Below are positions 43,601-49,629 of a stretch of DNA of 64,000 nt, piece by piece; position 1 is the stretch's first letter, and the number at the start of each line of letters is the position of its first letter. Position numbers and translations under genes: made by a program. The DNA is from a virus. Below the pieces are notes generated by a model. The model made no database searches. It worked only from the letters and a program-made list of their open reading frames with translations, and was not told the DNA's origin. The stretch lies in the IMG/VR virus record IMGVR_UViG_3300025450_000015, positions 1 to 64,000 of that record; one strand, written 5' to 3'.

Positions 43601-43992
43601 CAATCGATATGAGGATCCCAACTATAGAATTCTTGATTGTTTAATCTGTTATGATTTTTTGTGTTGGCTCCAAACACTCCTAACTGATTGATATAGTCAA
43701 TATAATCTTTAAAGAATGTAACATTGCCTAACGCATCTGTTACTGTAAATCCTGGCTCTAATTGATAATTCTGTCTAGTATTATCTGCCGCAGTAACATA
43801 AACATCTTTACCAGTTGCGGCTTTTGCATTTTTACGACCAATAAATCCACTAGTTTTTGTTATTGTACCAGGTTGATATAACTGATCAATCGTCGATTGC
43901 AAAAACTTTTTATTTGCAATAGTCTGATAAAAATCAGGAAGAAAATTAACACCTAGACCAGTGTTGCCGGTTGGAATATTACTATTGGCCAT
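28663..43992 (-). CDS. giant (5109 aa) baseplate wedge/structural protein
   Basis: uninterrupted ORF after the gp6-like gene; VKPYRTKVREY motif, GxGY repeats, FG-GAP-like repeats, CBM5/12-like repeats. Confidence 0.75.
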   Translation of the reverse strand: MANSNIPTGNTGLGVNFLPDFYQTIANKKFLQSTIDQLYQPGTITKTSGFIGRKNAKAATGKDVYVTAADNTRQNYQLEPGFTVTDALGNVTFFKDYIDYINQLGVFGANTKNHNRLNNQEFYSWDPHIDWDKFVNFQDYYWLPYGPDTITIYGQQLGTNSTYNVAIQAEGNTNEYLFTPDGLTLNPVLKLYRGQTYNFNIVSPGNPFSFMTERSIEQGYLYKEGVSDHSVELGTITFTVPLNAPSLIFYQSETDINLGGAIEIFDIVDNTFLDVDKEIIGKQTYTLSDGTALSNGMKVNFGGNVAPSQYAVGSYYVEGVGVAIKLVSEKLLEILSPYTSNLSVEFDSSPFASLPFDDSTGYANVKDYIVINRASTDHNPWSRINRWFHKDVIIASANYNKDVPSLDQTARANRPIIEFEAGLKLFNTGTISIADVDLVDTYTTDVFNVIEGSLGYTIDGISLADGQRILFTNANADPLVRGNIYQVSFVNIQGRNQIQLTRVATPELNQSVLVLQGVKGQSQMYWYNGTVWVEGQQKTTSNQPPLFDIFDNNEISFSDVSTYPGSTFTGTKLFSYQVGSGPSDSVLGFPLSYLNVANIGDIVFNFNLATDTFNYKDNSTTITTGIDTGFLLKTNFAGVSSYVNGWQTCTTPTVQAAVRIYEGAEQTNNFNIDIFDDIKNLSDLVVKVYINSFRVSPSEWTIVDTPQYKQLVLNTPITTTDVLTIRAFSSQAINSNGYYEIPLNLQNNPLNDIIDTFTLGEVTDHVVSIIDNLPTGFVGVFPGDDNLRDLGNVTQYGTKFVQHSGPLSLSLYHITSESNNIIKAIETARDDYNSFKRNFIAAASNLGVDTDPVTMVELVMQSINGNKPNTAPYYFSDMVPYGASITTHLTVVDYRIKTYPLTSVFTLDKLSNQAVGVYHTTNAIKTQLIYGQDYTFNSQGFIVITDIVVLTNGDTITTVEYDSTDGSFVPPTPTKLGIWPAFVPKIYLDTTLASPQNVIQGHDGSIVLAYGDYRDAVLLELETRIFNNIKVKYDSTIFDVADIIPGYNRTTPYTLSEFNEVLSPSFYSWVGLVGVDFTQPVNFDVANLFTYNYSFDTSPDGNPVPGFWRGVYRWMLDTDRPNLCPWEMLGFSQQPNWWVSVYGPAPYTSDNLPMWQDISAGLVKEPGMPVIKLSKFARPFLINHLPVDESGNLVSPATSGLASGPLLQNTNSVFVFGDVGPVESAWRRSSYYPFSVLVSSLLLTPAKTFGILLDRYRIERNIAGQLIYKDTGLRIRPADVKIPNLYSSKSRVQTAGLINYVVDLISNIIFSNNQDSYNLYVANLANLTPQLSYRVGAFTNQPQFNLLLESKTPLATGSVFIPPESYNIFLNSSSPVQKITYSGVIITKLSTGFEIKGYSKTQPYFNYFNYLESGITVNVGGISESFVTWTPRQSYTAGQIVQYGNSYYRAVTSTVATETFNSQSFALLASLPLTGGVSAVFRSAWDTTSLQTLPYGTQLTTIQEVVDFLLGYEQYLLSQGFIFDDFNNNLGRVANWSTSAREFMFWTTQNWSNGQEKWSDWSVNQPYSYGTVVRYDGNYYSANYNIPASAVFEYNLWTALPGLSNLGSSVISLSPSANGINFITNLTVVDSISNPFNSYEIFKVDGTPLTPNDIDSYRTGNTVTYSPRGTHGIYCASFYLIQNEHVVTINNTDIFNDIIYNPATGYRRERLKLSGYVTEGWYGGLDIPGFVYDAAKIDSWQAWQDYNMADIIEYQGNYYSANAFTAGTINFVSEQWTRLKSKPSAQLLPNWTNVATQFVDFYSLNVDNFNTDQQKFAQHLIGYQKRQYLDNIIQDPVSEFKFYQGMIRDKGTQNVLNHLFGVLSEDKAESLVFYEEWALRVGRYGATNAFEDIEFVLDQKDFRNNPQGYFLTNSINKNISDFVNQQTPNDVYVKPLGYNSNPFPVNTNYNPLLRDAGYINPADVKFSLKSLSNINDTDSKGNLLYPITSIDEGQYIWTAFDNNSWNIYRFTDLKIRVSSVAYSNGVLTITALNSLPLTAGSYIGVRETGTINSQGVYLSTFDGFYQIATVNLNVITINTKISNFPSPFTQTGQMVMYSLVSRRFAGIDTVNSTSNTVKLKAGELVWTDDSGAGSWATWKYNPAFSQSSLANISFSANLQFGSVVAMNRKGSVLAVTNGSTGVITTYDKAGTVVPWAQRSTLTAPFMSNPNPLYPIQNTKPTQLSTVLSFSDDGVWLVGGSPTVNRVATSYVGLYNSSNTYTPGSIVSDTNGIFYECLITSNGIAPSSTSLSWQIIPYVPVNSLSGINSTIVGQGAISLYVKDLNNNYSLVDSIISPSPSTNEQFGSSVAFGNNVMYVGAPGHNNGAGRVYQLRYTTVTLASSQYNPVGSEAVNQGVTTSEILKVTAGSFVIGTTYTIYTLGTTDFTTIGATANTVGVTFIATNVGSGSGVATTVIFNNLVQSGQNILVVNSTLGIRAGMIAVSGANGGYTSGQKVDYVLTKFILYSYYSVTNSASYNLSQVLAGMTVTGTNILPDTIVISQGQENLTINGSQQAFSYLIVGSTQDMSTSITQLVINNDVNLTFAVASTNQLSGTSAPIIPLNTLFLDSPVDQNSLPGGTINFVEHTWTYSGHIDPDASLTNPVNFGSALKITADGNTLLVSSSGAVSVYDVSDVNNPDFMQVLVGSDSNFGFGIAISDYGNYIAISDDTQSNTKVQAGGINVYSLVNGQYIFNQALISNNPETNSLFGNKISFMNDSQTIVVYSLYGDTTVSTSFDSSTTTFDRNSTDFLTADNASGRVDIYDRYNSKWIFSESLATENKFGEGYGTGFAVGNNQIAISAPYAMFNNIESGQVYTYTKLSNVFAWTIYNTQVSIPDVSKIKKAFLYNKKLGTLSTYLDVVDPLQGKIPGPAEEEIKYQTFFDPATYSYSDSTVTVNVASSNGIEGWWSDQPVGQLWWDLRTCKFVNNYFADPLYRNTAWNTLAAGASVDIYEWVSYNQLPSVWDSIADTPAGLTAGISGKSLYGNSAYSSTTKYDTVSKTFTNTYYFWVKNKKIIPSVDGRNMSANDVANLIANPSGQDYTCLALTGTNSFSLINASRYLNGTDVALAIEYWTIDKTDQNIHSQWKLISNDPVVDLPNTIEQKWFDSLCGVDQGGRPVPDPSLPVKLRYGIENRPRQGMFVNRVEAIKELIERTNLVLSTYQTTNSRNISALESYDPTPDKILGLWDISYNTEAELKFASIGSFALPSVKPVITNGSITGITIVNAGNGYGYAPYIEITGSGEGAIVKATINALGQITGATIINGGQGYNNNTICTIRSYSVLILSDSTAYGAWSIYSYDPATGIWSRSLSQSYDVRKYWSYTDWYATGFSQFNGPDFKINTFADLFAVNESLSALSDQGIGILVKIINGSSSNWILLEKYASSTSVDWTQSYRIVGIENGTIQFKSSLYSFSGTDVGYDANIFDGGDFDVQASAELRIILNCIKNNILIDDLKQDYLDLFFTNVRYAHSEQPFIDWIFKTSFVRATHKVGTLGQPVNYPIDNLRNFEDYVAEVKPYRTKVREYISDYTGMDTTESAVTDFDLQTTYENGGFTTIQVTDVNGTLQTSNPLIESYPWKFWNDNVGFKVIEIVITNGGSGYTNVPQIIISSPTGSNPVTATADALISNGKVSKITLLNVDQFGASGNGYLFAPTVTINGGLGANGVQAQAVAIIGNGLVRSNLVGMKFDRVNYGYYITNLQQVDTFTAIINRVQYPLTWAPDTRIDQTVVTVNGTPVLRELYTLSKVTSMESGYTQYTGSITFTFNIAVGSTIIVTYHKDISVLTATDRIQYFYNPTTGQLGKDLSQLMTGTDYGGVTVTGLNFNISGGWDDAPYLSDTWDSRDPNFNDYSVQVLANTHVFTLPYTPPNNTNINVYYVKQKTYSYTSDGSTLVYPVDQNLISPSVTITTSALTSGITTTYNSLGSAGFTVKVASTTGMVPGMRIYGQGFLSRQKILRIENSTTLILDSIPDNLSYLRFYNSFGSSGILLQVSSTSKIIPGMLITSTTSVNGVATPAYFLSGQTVVSVVSSTILKISAPPDATPPNDQAIIFSSLPTNGSSLTVSNIAGGNVLTLNSLNGLKVGAVVTNALVTAGSFTPGILYTISSIGSTDFTLIGALANQTGESFTATGVGSGTGTAATVSSFSYDTTITAINTSTNAVTLSQVILTNMLPSTQVTFTEKLQELTDVVLIPGSATLKTAYPVGSTINITGTYSPIRLDDPNFGTAQQTNANAIIKTPVVGTTITPATIGGGGASLSVSFSAVDYGGSASTTSFASTLSGTVIDQSITNVIELPASFTVNTGDRFILRESTSDGSVPTPDTDYDTKLDGGNLAYTTATGLAPDDILLDGDGFVTPTSSPAPEEVVPGQVVDTLAIKVYDQTGTGSANIKVVNYETDGITSTYNIGQQPNSSRAIIVKLNGNIVTYNTDYLINYTTTPNITFINTPTANQLVSIYSVGFSGSNLLDIDYFIGDGTTVDFITRASWNSTVTSLVYVNGVATSVTLFETDTSYEVAGFIGIQFASPPPAGALINYIIVSGLQQTFAITTTQSITPVVGVSAYTLSYPIGNNLPYESNMIVRVGQSILSAPVNSYFTIGGNRLNYTIDPSKAVPQSVTTNNILVYAGNNLLNASSDYSIDPTGITIKINRAIYSQYSGQQLIVSIVANNAYAYNPSTSQITFATVPSGVVEIISSYVQNVLDIQRTTIQYNSSYNITPSSTSYFNYKNIPGGIIKLDRPVIDGNYVWVIKNSTLLSNSIDYILNSDFQSITLAKTLSPTDTVTLITFGNNVVQTSIAYMQFKDMLNRVNYKRLNLNKQTTLAQTLHWNDTTIIVSDASNLDIPSPSNNKPGVVEIRGERIEYFTLTGNTLGQLRRGTLGTGVTKVNPSGTFVQGIGPSETIPYIDTVQTTQITSLGTTTITLPYTVTSANQIEIFVGGQNDLVRLKKQSYKIFDINNAPYSPAGDVSYPADFTVNGTSTITLTNAPAFGTLITVVRTTGTLWDGYDLKQLNQSPSVRAGTSTTSILQGKDTVSTFVKAQPGIWYNGFIQISNSTDPTFDGNNVSLDTGNTTMDQG

Positions 43993-46900
43993 TAACTATT
44001 TGCCCCATAATTTGCACTTGTTATTTGTTGAAGATTTGCTGTTGAAGATAATGCAGTACCTGTAACTGTCTTAAGGTTACTTGGAGTTAGTCCAGATACT
44101 ACTTGGATATTGCTAAATGTAGCACAGCTTAAGAAAATACTATCACTTGCACATGTTATTTCAAATAAACTTCCAAAATACTGACCAGATTGTGTTGGAA
44201 CTATAACGAAACTAATAATATCTGGTGCTAATTGTTGCATTACATAAGTTGATAATTCAGTAAAATAGAATGTATCTCCAAAATTCCAATTTTCTAAAGC
44301 AAAGAATTGATTGATAGCTGTTAGAATACGTGCAGTAACATTGGCATTAGATACTGCCGAACTAGGATTAATAATAACTTCAAACACAGCTTGAAGACCT
44401 GGATCAGCTGCCGCTCCGAACAGTAATGTATAATTTACTGGATGATAGATTATTTCGTCTGAGATTGATTTAATTATGTTAAGATTTGGTGCTAATAAAT
44501 TATTCAACTCATCCTGACTTGGGGGCAATGGTTCAGTGCCTGTCGTTCCGCCATCCACCCATTGTCTAAATGCAGTATCGTAACTCTTAGTTAAGATATA
44601 AACATCTATAATATTACTTGCGCCTGGGTCAATTCTTGAATTATAATCTGCACTATGAGTATATTGAAATTTTAATCCGTCGCGGCCGACATAAACTTTA
44701 TAGTCTAATGTTGGATTTAATATTCCGCTTGCCACGGTATACTGAACTACTATTTGTGTATCTATAAAATAAAAATACTGTCCGTCAGTCCATTGTGATA
44801 ACGGATAAGCCAAACTTTGTGAAGCTAAAATTGTAACTGGTCCAGCTCCGCCAATCGCAGGATCATTATAGACATATTTGTAATCTTCTTGTCCTTGAGA
44901 AATAGAATACTTTTTCTGTACAATATAAGATGTTGGTAATGAAGGGTCAACAATATCTATGAATCCCTGAGGGTTGTCAACACTACCATTGTTTAATGGA
45001 TCTGCAAAAGTAATTATAACTTTTTTAGGATCAATGTATCCGTCTTGTCCAAAATATTCATTTACAACTTGCCATGAGTAATCAGTTGTGAATGCAGATG
45101 TCGATAATGGCTGTGTATTAATGCTTAGTACTTTAATGATATCTGAAATTGTTGAACTTGATACTATATCGTAAATTTTTACACTATCGTCAAAGTAAAA
45201 TGAAACTTCTGCATCACTTTCAAAAACATATCTTAAAGATCGCTGTGTAATTGTATAAGTTTGATTATCTGTTGTAAACAATAAAAACCAGCTAGCATCT
45301 AATTGTGTACTAGAAACATCTCCTTGATTTGTTAGACTAAAAGAACCTGTAGTATTAAGATTATTTTCAAATATAATTTGCCATGTCTGGGTTGGGCTGT
45401 CATATCTCAAACCAAAAGATTGATTATTAAAAATTAAATCAATTATTTGTGTTTGTACGCTCGAGGTTAATGCTGTTGAAAATGCTGGAATAATTTGTGT
45501 TAGTAACGGAGTGGCTGTTATTGCTCCTAAACTATTAAACAAAGTACTTACAGGTTTACTTAATGTAATTGGACCTTGACCATTAGACAGCGTAGCGGTT
45601 GTTCCGTCACCTGACACAGATTCAACTGTCGCCCACAAATAAGTAATACCCCCTGATGGCAAAACTCCCGAAGCAGGTATAGCAGTTAGTATATTTTTTT
45701 GCAAGGTATTAAAATAATATCCGGTCGGTGCTGTAAACTTAATCAAAGCCCCTACTCCAAGATACAGTAACGCATTTGATGTATTATTGTATCCAACTGC
45801 TAACGGCGTTTGGTCAATTGCACCAACATATCCAGTAGAACTGTTGTTATCAATAGTTTTAGAATACCAATTAGCACTAACACTCTTTGAAATAAAGTTA
45901 ATAAAATTGCTATAAAAGAAATTTCTAATGTTAGGATCTTCTAATATTGGAAGAATTTTATTATCAATAACTCCTTGAATATCTGTTTGTGTTACATAGG
46001 TAAATGTTGTTCCAGTATTGAATAATTGTTGATATAGTATACCATCATCAGCAAATAAATTTGTTGATGAATATTTTCCGGTTGGGTCTGTCAGGTCAAA
46101 ATATCGACTAATTCCGCTTGATGTTCTATTAATAGCTTTAACTTTTGCCACTTGTAAACTTGCACTCAACGGACTAATATTATAATCTTCTCCTGTGATC
46201 ATACGATTTTGTGTGTAGTATGTTTGAGGAGCATTTTGTTTTATGCTTGCATTGGATTCAGTTGTGGTTGCATTAATTACTGACGTTTTTAAAGATAATG
46301 TCAATGTTATAACTTCTGGTGCATTATTAGCAGAGATATAAGGAACAGAAATTGAAACGTTATTAATATCCGTCGAGTTAATAACGTAAGACAATCCGTT
46401 ACTAATTCTGTAGTATACTCTAAAAGTACCAAGAGGCATCTGACCAAATATACCGTCTGCAAAATTTAATATAATAGAATCGTTAGTTTGTGTTGTAACA
46501 CTATAAATTGTTGTCACATTTTGATTCAAACTGTTGTATATAATATTATTACCGGTAAGTGCTGGAATCTTTGTCCACAAAACACTTTCATTTCCGTTAG
46601 AATCTAATTGCCATAACCAAACATCTGTATTGTTTATATTAGGTGTGTCAATGTTAATTTGCATGTTAGTACTTGGAGTAGTAACTGTAAATGTTGCATT
46701 GTTCAATGTACCTTGCGTGAATCGAAAGAAAAAACCTGTGCCTGGACTACCGGCGCCGTACCCGTCATCAGTGTAAACACATGCTACTTGATTTCCAATT
46801 TTTGGAGTTTCTTCGTATATGTACGTCTGTGCATTAAAAGTTGTACTAGTAATATCAAAGTCCATCGATCTGCCAGCTACCGAAGAACTAAAAGAATACA

Positions 46901-47492
46901 CAGGAAGATTTGCGGCTACAGCATTAAATCGATATTGTGCTGTTGGGATATTGTAAATTGTTGCACTATCGGATGGATTTCCAAATTGTTGATTTTGTGG
47001 AAGTGCCGCGTTGATAATTCTAATAAATTGATCATACCAATTAGTATTACTAGGATCGTTCCATGCAATAACTTGTCCTGACAAATCTCTTGAATTAGAA
47101 TCTAAAACATTTTCAGTTGTAGAAACCGTGGCAACTTTTAACAATCCGCTAGCACTAACACATCTACTAGGAACATAACTAACAAGTTGTGCCAGGTTGA
47201 TAAGACTACTACGACGTTCTGCCGTTTCAATAAAATTTTCACGAGCGTTTAGATCTACACGAAATGCAATACTTTGTCCTACAAAAGCAATCAGGTCAAT
47301 AAGAGCTAGATACTCACTAGATTCAATATAATCATTAAAATCTTCAGGAAAATTTGTACGGATATAATCAATCATTGTACGGCGTAGATTATCAAAATCG
47401 TAGCTTTGGAAATTTGCATTGCTAAAAGTTTGATATATCTTTTGCCAATCTTCTGCTAGTAGTAGATTATTTTGTCTAGTAGTTGAACTCAT
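43992..47492 (-). CDS. baseplate wedge subunit, T4 gp6-like
   Basis: YDFDNLRRTMIDY, ENFIETAERRSS, FADGIFGQMP, IKQNAPQTYYTQNRMITGEDY. Confidence 0.82.
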   Translation of the reverse strand: MSSTTRQNNLLLAEDWQKIYQTFSNANFQSYDFDNLRRTMIDYIRTNFPEDFNDYIESSEYLALIDLIAFVGQSIAFRVDLNARENFIETAERRSSLINLAQLVSYVPSRCVSASGLLKVATVSTTENVLDSNSRDLSGQVIAWNDPSNTNWYDQFIRIINAALPQNQQFGNPSDSATIYNIPTAQYRFNAVAANLPVYSFSSSVAGRSMDFDITSTTFNAQTYIYEETPKIGNQVACVYTDDGYGAGSPGTGFFFRFTQGTLNNATFTVTTPSTNMQINIDTPNINNTDVWLWQLDSNGNESVLWTKIPALTGNNIIYNSLNQNVTTIYSVTTQTNDSIILNFADGIFGQMPLGTFRVYYRISNGLSYVINSTDINNVSISVPYISANNAPEVITLTLSLKTSVINATTTESNASIKQNAPQTYYTQNRMITGEDYNISPLSASLQVAKVKAINRTSSGISRYFDLTDPTGKYSSTNLFADDGILYQQLFNTGTTFTYVTQTDIQGVIDNKILPILEDPNIRNFFYSNFINFISKSVSANWYSKTIDNNSSTGYVGAIDQTPLAVGYNNTSNALLYLGVGALIKFTAPTGYYFNTLQKNILTAIPASGVLPSGGITYLWATVESVSGDGTTATLSNGQGPITLSKPVSTLFNSLGAITATPLLTQIIPAFSTALTSSVQTQIIDLIFNNQSFGLRYDSPTQTWQIIFENNLNTTGSFSLTNQGDVSSTQLDASWFLLFTTDNQTYTITQRSLRYVFESDAEVSFYFDDSVKIYDIVSSSTISDIIKVLSINTQPLSTSAFTTDYSWQVVNEYFGQDGYIDPKKVIITFADPLNNGSVDNPQGFIDIVDPSLPTSYIVQKKYSISQGQEDYKYVYNDPAIGGAGPVTILASQSLAYPLSQWTDGQYFYFIDTQIVVQYTVASGILNPTLDYKVYVGRDGLKFQYTHSADYNSRIDPGASNIIDVYILTKSYDTAFRQWVDGGTTGTEPLPPSQDELNNLLAPNLNIIKSISDEIIYHPVNYTLLFGAAADPGLQAVFEVIINPSSAVSNANVTARILTAINQFFALENWNFGDTFYFTELSTYVMQQLAPDIISFVIVPTQSGQYFGSLFEITCASDSIFLSCATFSNIQVVSGLTPSNLKTVTGTALSSTANLQQITSANYGANS

Positions 47493-47510
47493 GATTTATC
47501 CTAATATTAA

Positions 47511-47518
47511 TATTTATC
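47511..47518 (-). promoter_or_regulatory. late-promoter-like GATAAATA
   Basis: intergenic, upstream of the gp6-like ATG. Confidence 0.55.
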
Positions 47519-47542
47519 GAACAAAATTATATGCGTATTTTA

Positions 47543-47986
47543 TTAGATATTTGATACTAGACCGTTGTTTTGATCGAATTTTAATTGCAGATTTTCACTA
47601 AGATTGTACGCTGAATATGTCAATCTAAACTCAATTTGTAGTCCTGTATCATACTGAGATATGATTACATTGGTTGCCTGAACCCTAGGATCTGCATTTA
47701 CGATTGCATTGACATTCTGCAATAATAGTTCCTTTATGTTTTCTGTCAAAGGTTCAAACAACAAGTCCCATATTATACAACCGTAAGCTGGATTCATGAG
47801 TCTTTCGCCCTGACGTACATAAAAACTGTTTAGCAAGTCTTGTTTGATTAGTTCAAAATCATACAATGCAAAATTTTTACTATTTGTATTAACTGTGCTG
47901 AATCCTCTGTACAAACGAGAAGTTGGCTTGTTATTAATGTTCGATTTTGTTGTAAGATTTGTTTTTGTGTATAAACTGTTTGCCAT
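47543..47986 (-). CDS. baseplate wedge subunit gp25-like
   Basis: IKQDLLNSF..GERLMNPAYGC..LLFEP..DPRV. Confidence 0.88.
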   Translation of the reverse strand: MANSLYTKTNLTTKSNINNKPTSRLYRGFSTVNTNSKNFALYDFELIKQDLLNSFYVRQGERLMNPAYGCIIWDLLFEPLTENIKELLLQNVNAIVNADPRVQATNVIISQYDTGLQIEFRLTYSAYNLSENLQLKFDQNNGLVSNI

Positions 47987-47998
47987 GTTAGGTCTCCG

Positions 47999-49627
47999 TT
48001 ACTTTGCAGATTGGTTTGAACTTGGTGGAATAAAGTTAAACGTGTCTGTTGCTGTAGTATACTTTAAATAAAAATCTGGTGCTGTAGTTTTTCCATTACT
48101 AAATGTTATTGGCGAAGTCGATGTTATATCTGTCTGCGAAGCTGCCATCGATTTTGGATCTAAATTTTCGTGCTGAGGCCAAGGTTCATGATTAGGAATA
48201 CGCTTCATAATACTCACTATTTGACTACCGTTAGTGTCGTAAATATTATTAAATGTTGGCAAAGGTTTAGGAGCAGTTGTTAATGCCTTTGATGCAACTC
48301 CTGCACCGTTTATACCAAGGACACTTGATGCAGTTATTATTAAATTGTTACTGCTGTTTAAATTTGTATTAACGCTAGTTAAATTTACTGATGTACTTGC
48401 ACTAACATTAAAATCTTTAACTACATTAATATAATCGCCTGTTACTTTTACTTTATAATTTCCGTTAACAATAAAATTAAAGTTGCCGCCTGATTCTAAT
48501 TGTGTTTGTGTCGTAGATTTCATATTAATACTACGTCCAGCTTCCATATTAATATCTCGGTCAGCATAAAAATTCATATCTGCTTTTGTATGGATGCTGA
48601 CACTGTCCGAAGCAAATATATCAATTTTTCCCATGCTAGACATTTCTATCCAACTAGTACCTGAGGCATTTCCAATGTAAATTAAATCTTCACTGTTATG
48701 CAATAATATCTGATGTCCGGTACGTGTACGAATTCTAACCATCTCGTTGTGAGGTAGAGTAGGATCTCCAGATTTATCGCCTGCTTGAAAACTTGCATAA
48801 TCAGGAGGACCTTCGCTAGCGTTCTTTTTTCTTCTAAATCCAGAATCGCCATCATCCATTACAAATGTTGTTCCGCCAAGTCTGCTGATTGGCTGGACTA
48901 TTGGATTATTATTAAGGGAATCCAAGCCAACTTTGCCTGTTGGAGCACCTGGTGTTTTATCTACTGGGCCAGGAGTACTAATTCCAAATACAGTACTAGG
49001 TGCTTCTCTCCTTGCACCGCTAGTTGTAATTCCTCTGATATCGTCAAGATTTAATCCTTGATTTGTTAGTATTTGTGAAAAATATTTGTGAGTAGGTTTA
49101 GGAATTTGTGTTGCTGGTTTAGATGCATTAGCAGTATCCGTATTTGCAATTACTTTATTATATTCCGATGTAGGAGCCCTTAATGGTTGTCCGCTTGGAG
49201 TAGTTCCTTGCTCAACAGTAAATTCTGTTGAAGGCATTCCGGGAACCATAAAGTTACTTTCGGTATCAGGAACACATCCTATCCAAAATCCACGAGATGG
49301 ATCGCCATTGATAAAAATTACAACTACTTGTGTCCCCACATCCGGTGGTACAAACCACATACCGTAACTTTTTTGTGTTCCGTCATAGTCATTATTATTA
49401 CCAACAAAGTCAGCATTAGTTTGCCCTGCAAAAGGAAACATAGCTTTTACTTGGAATGATTGATTGTCAAATCTAGAGTCGCCTGCTTCTCTTAAGATTC
49501 GTACTTTAAGACCTCCCATGAATTTGCTGTCAAGATGACCTTCTACTATGGCTAGTCTAGGGACTTCGGGTGCTTTTTGTCCGCCTGAACCTTTAGCTGT
49601 ATCTATTCTGGATATGGTACCTGTCAT
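47999..49627 (-). CDS. baseplate central spike gp5/VgrG-like protein (no lysozyme domain seen)
   Basis: OB-fold-like GMWFVPPDVGTQVVVIFINGD..GFWIG, RTRTGHQI, ~8-residue beta-helix repeats. Confidence 0.78.
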   Translation of the reverse strand: MTGTISRIDTAKGSGGQKAPEVPRLAIVEGHLDSKFMGGLKVRILREAGDSRFDNQSFQVKAMFPFAGQTNADFVGNNNDYDGTQKSYGMWFVPPDVGTQVVVIFINGDPSRGFWIGCVPDTESNFMVPGMPSTEFTVEQGTTPSGQPLRAPTSEYNKVIANTDTANASKPATQIPKPTHKYFSQILTNQGLNLDDIRGITTSGARREAPSTVFGISTPGPVDKTPGAPTGKVGLDSLNNNPIVQPISRLGGTTFVMDDGDSGFRRKKNASEGPPDYASFQAGDKSGDPTLPHNEMVRIRTRTGHQILLHNSEDLIYIGNASGTSWIEMSSMGKIDIFASDSVSIHTKADMNFYADRDINMEAGRSINMKSTTQTQLESGGNFNFIVNGNYKVKVTGDYINVVKDFNVSASTSVNLTSVNTNLNSSNNLIITASSVLGINGAGVASKALTTAPKPLPTFNNIYDTNGSQIVSIMKRIPNHEPWPQHENLDPKSMAASQTDITSTSPITFSNGKTTAPDFYLKYTTATDTFNFIPPSSNQSAK

Positions 49628-49629
49628 TA

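Noticed and set aside
48136-48142. Isolated GCGAAGC within the gp5-like gene region
   Set aside because: Single occurrence without extended stem or neighbouring hairpins; consistent with background frequency.
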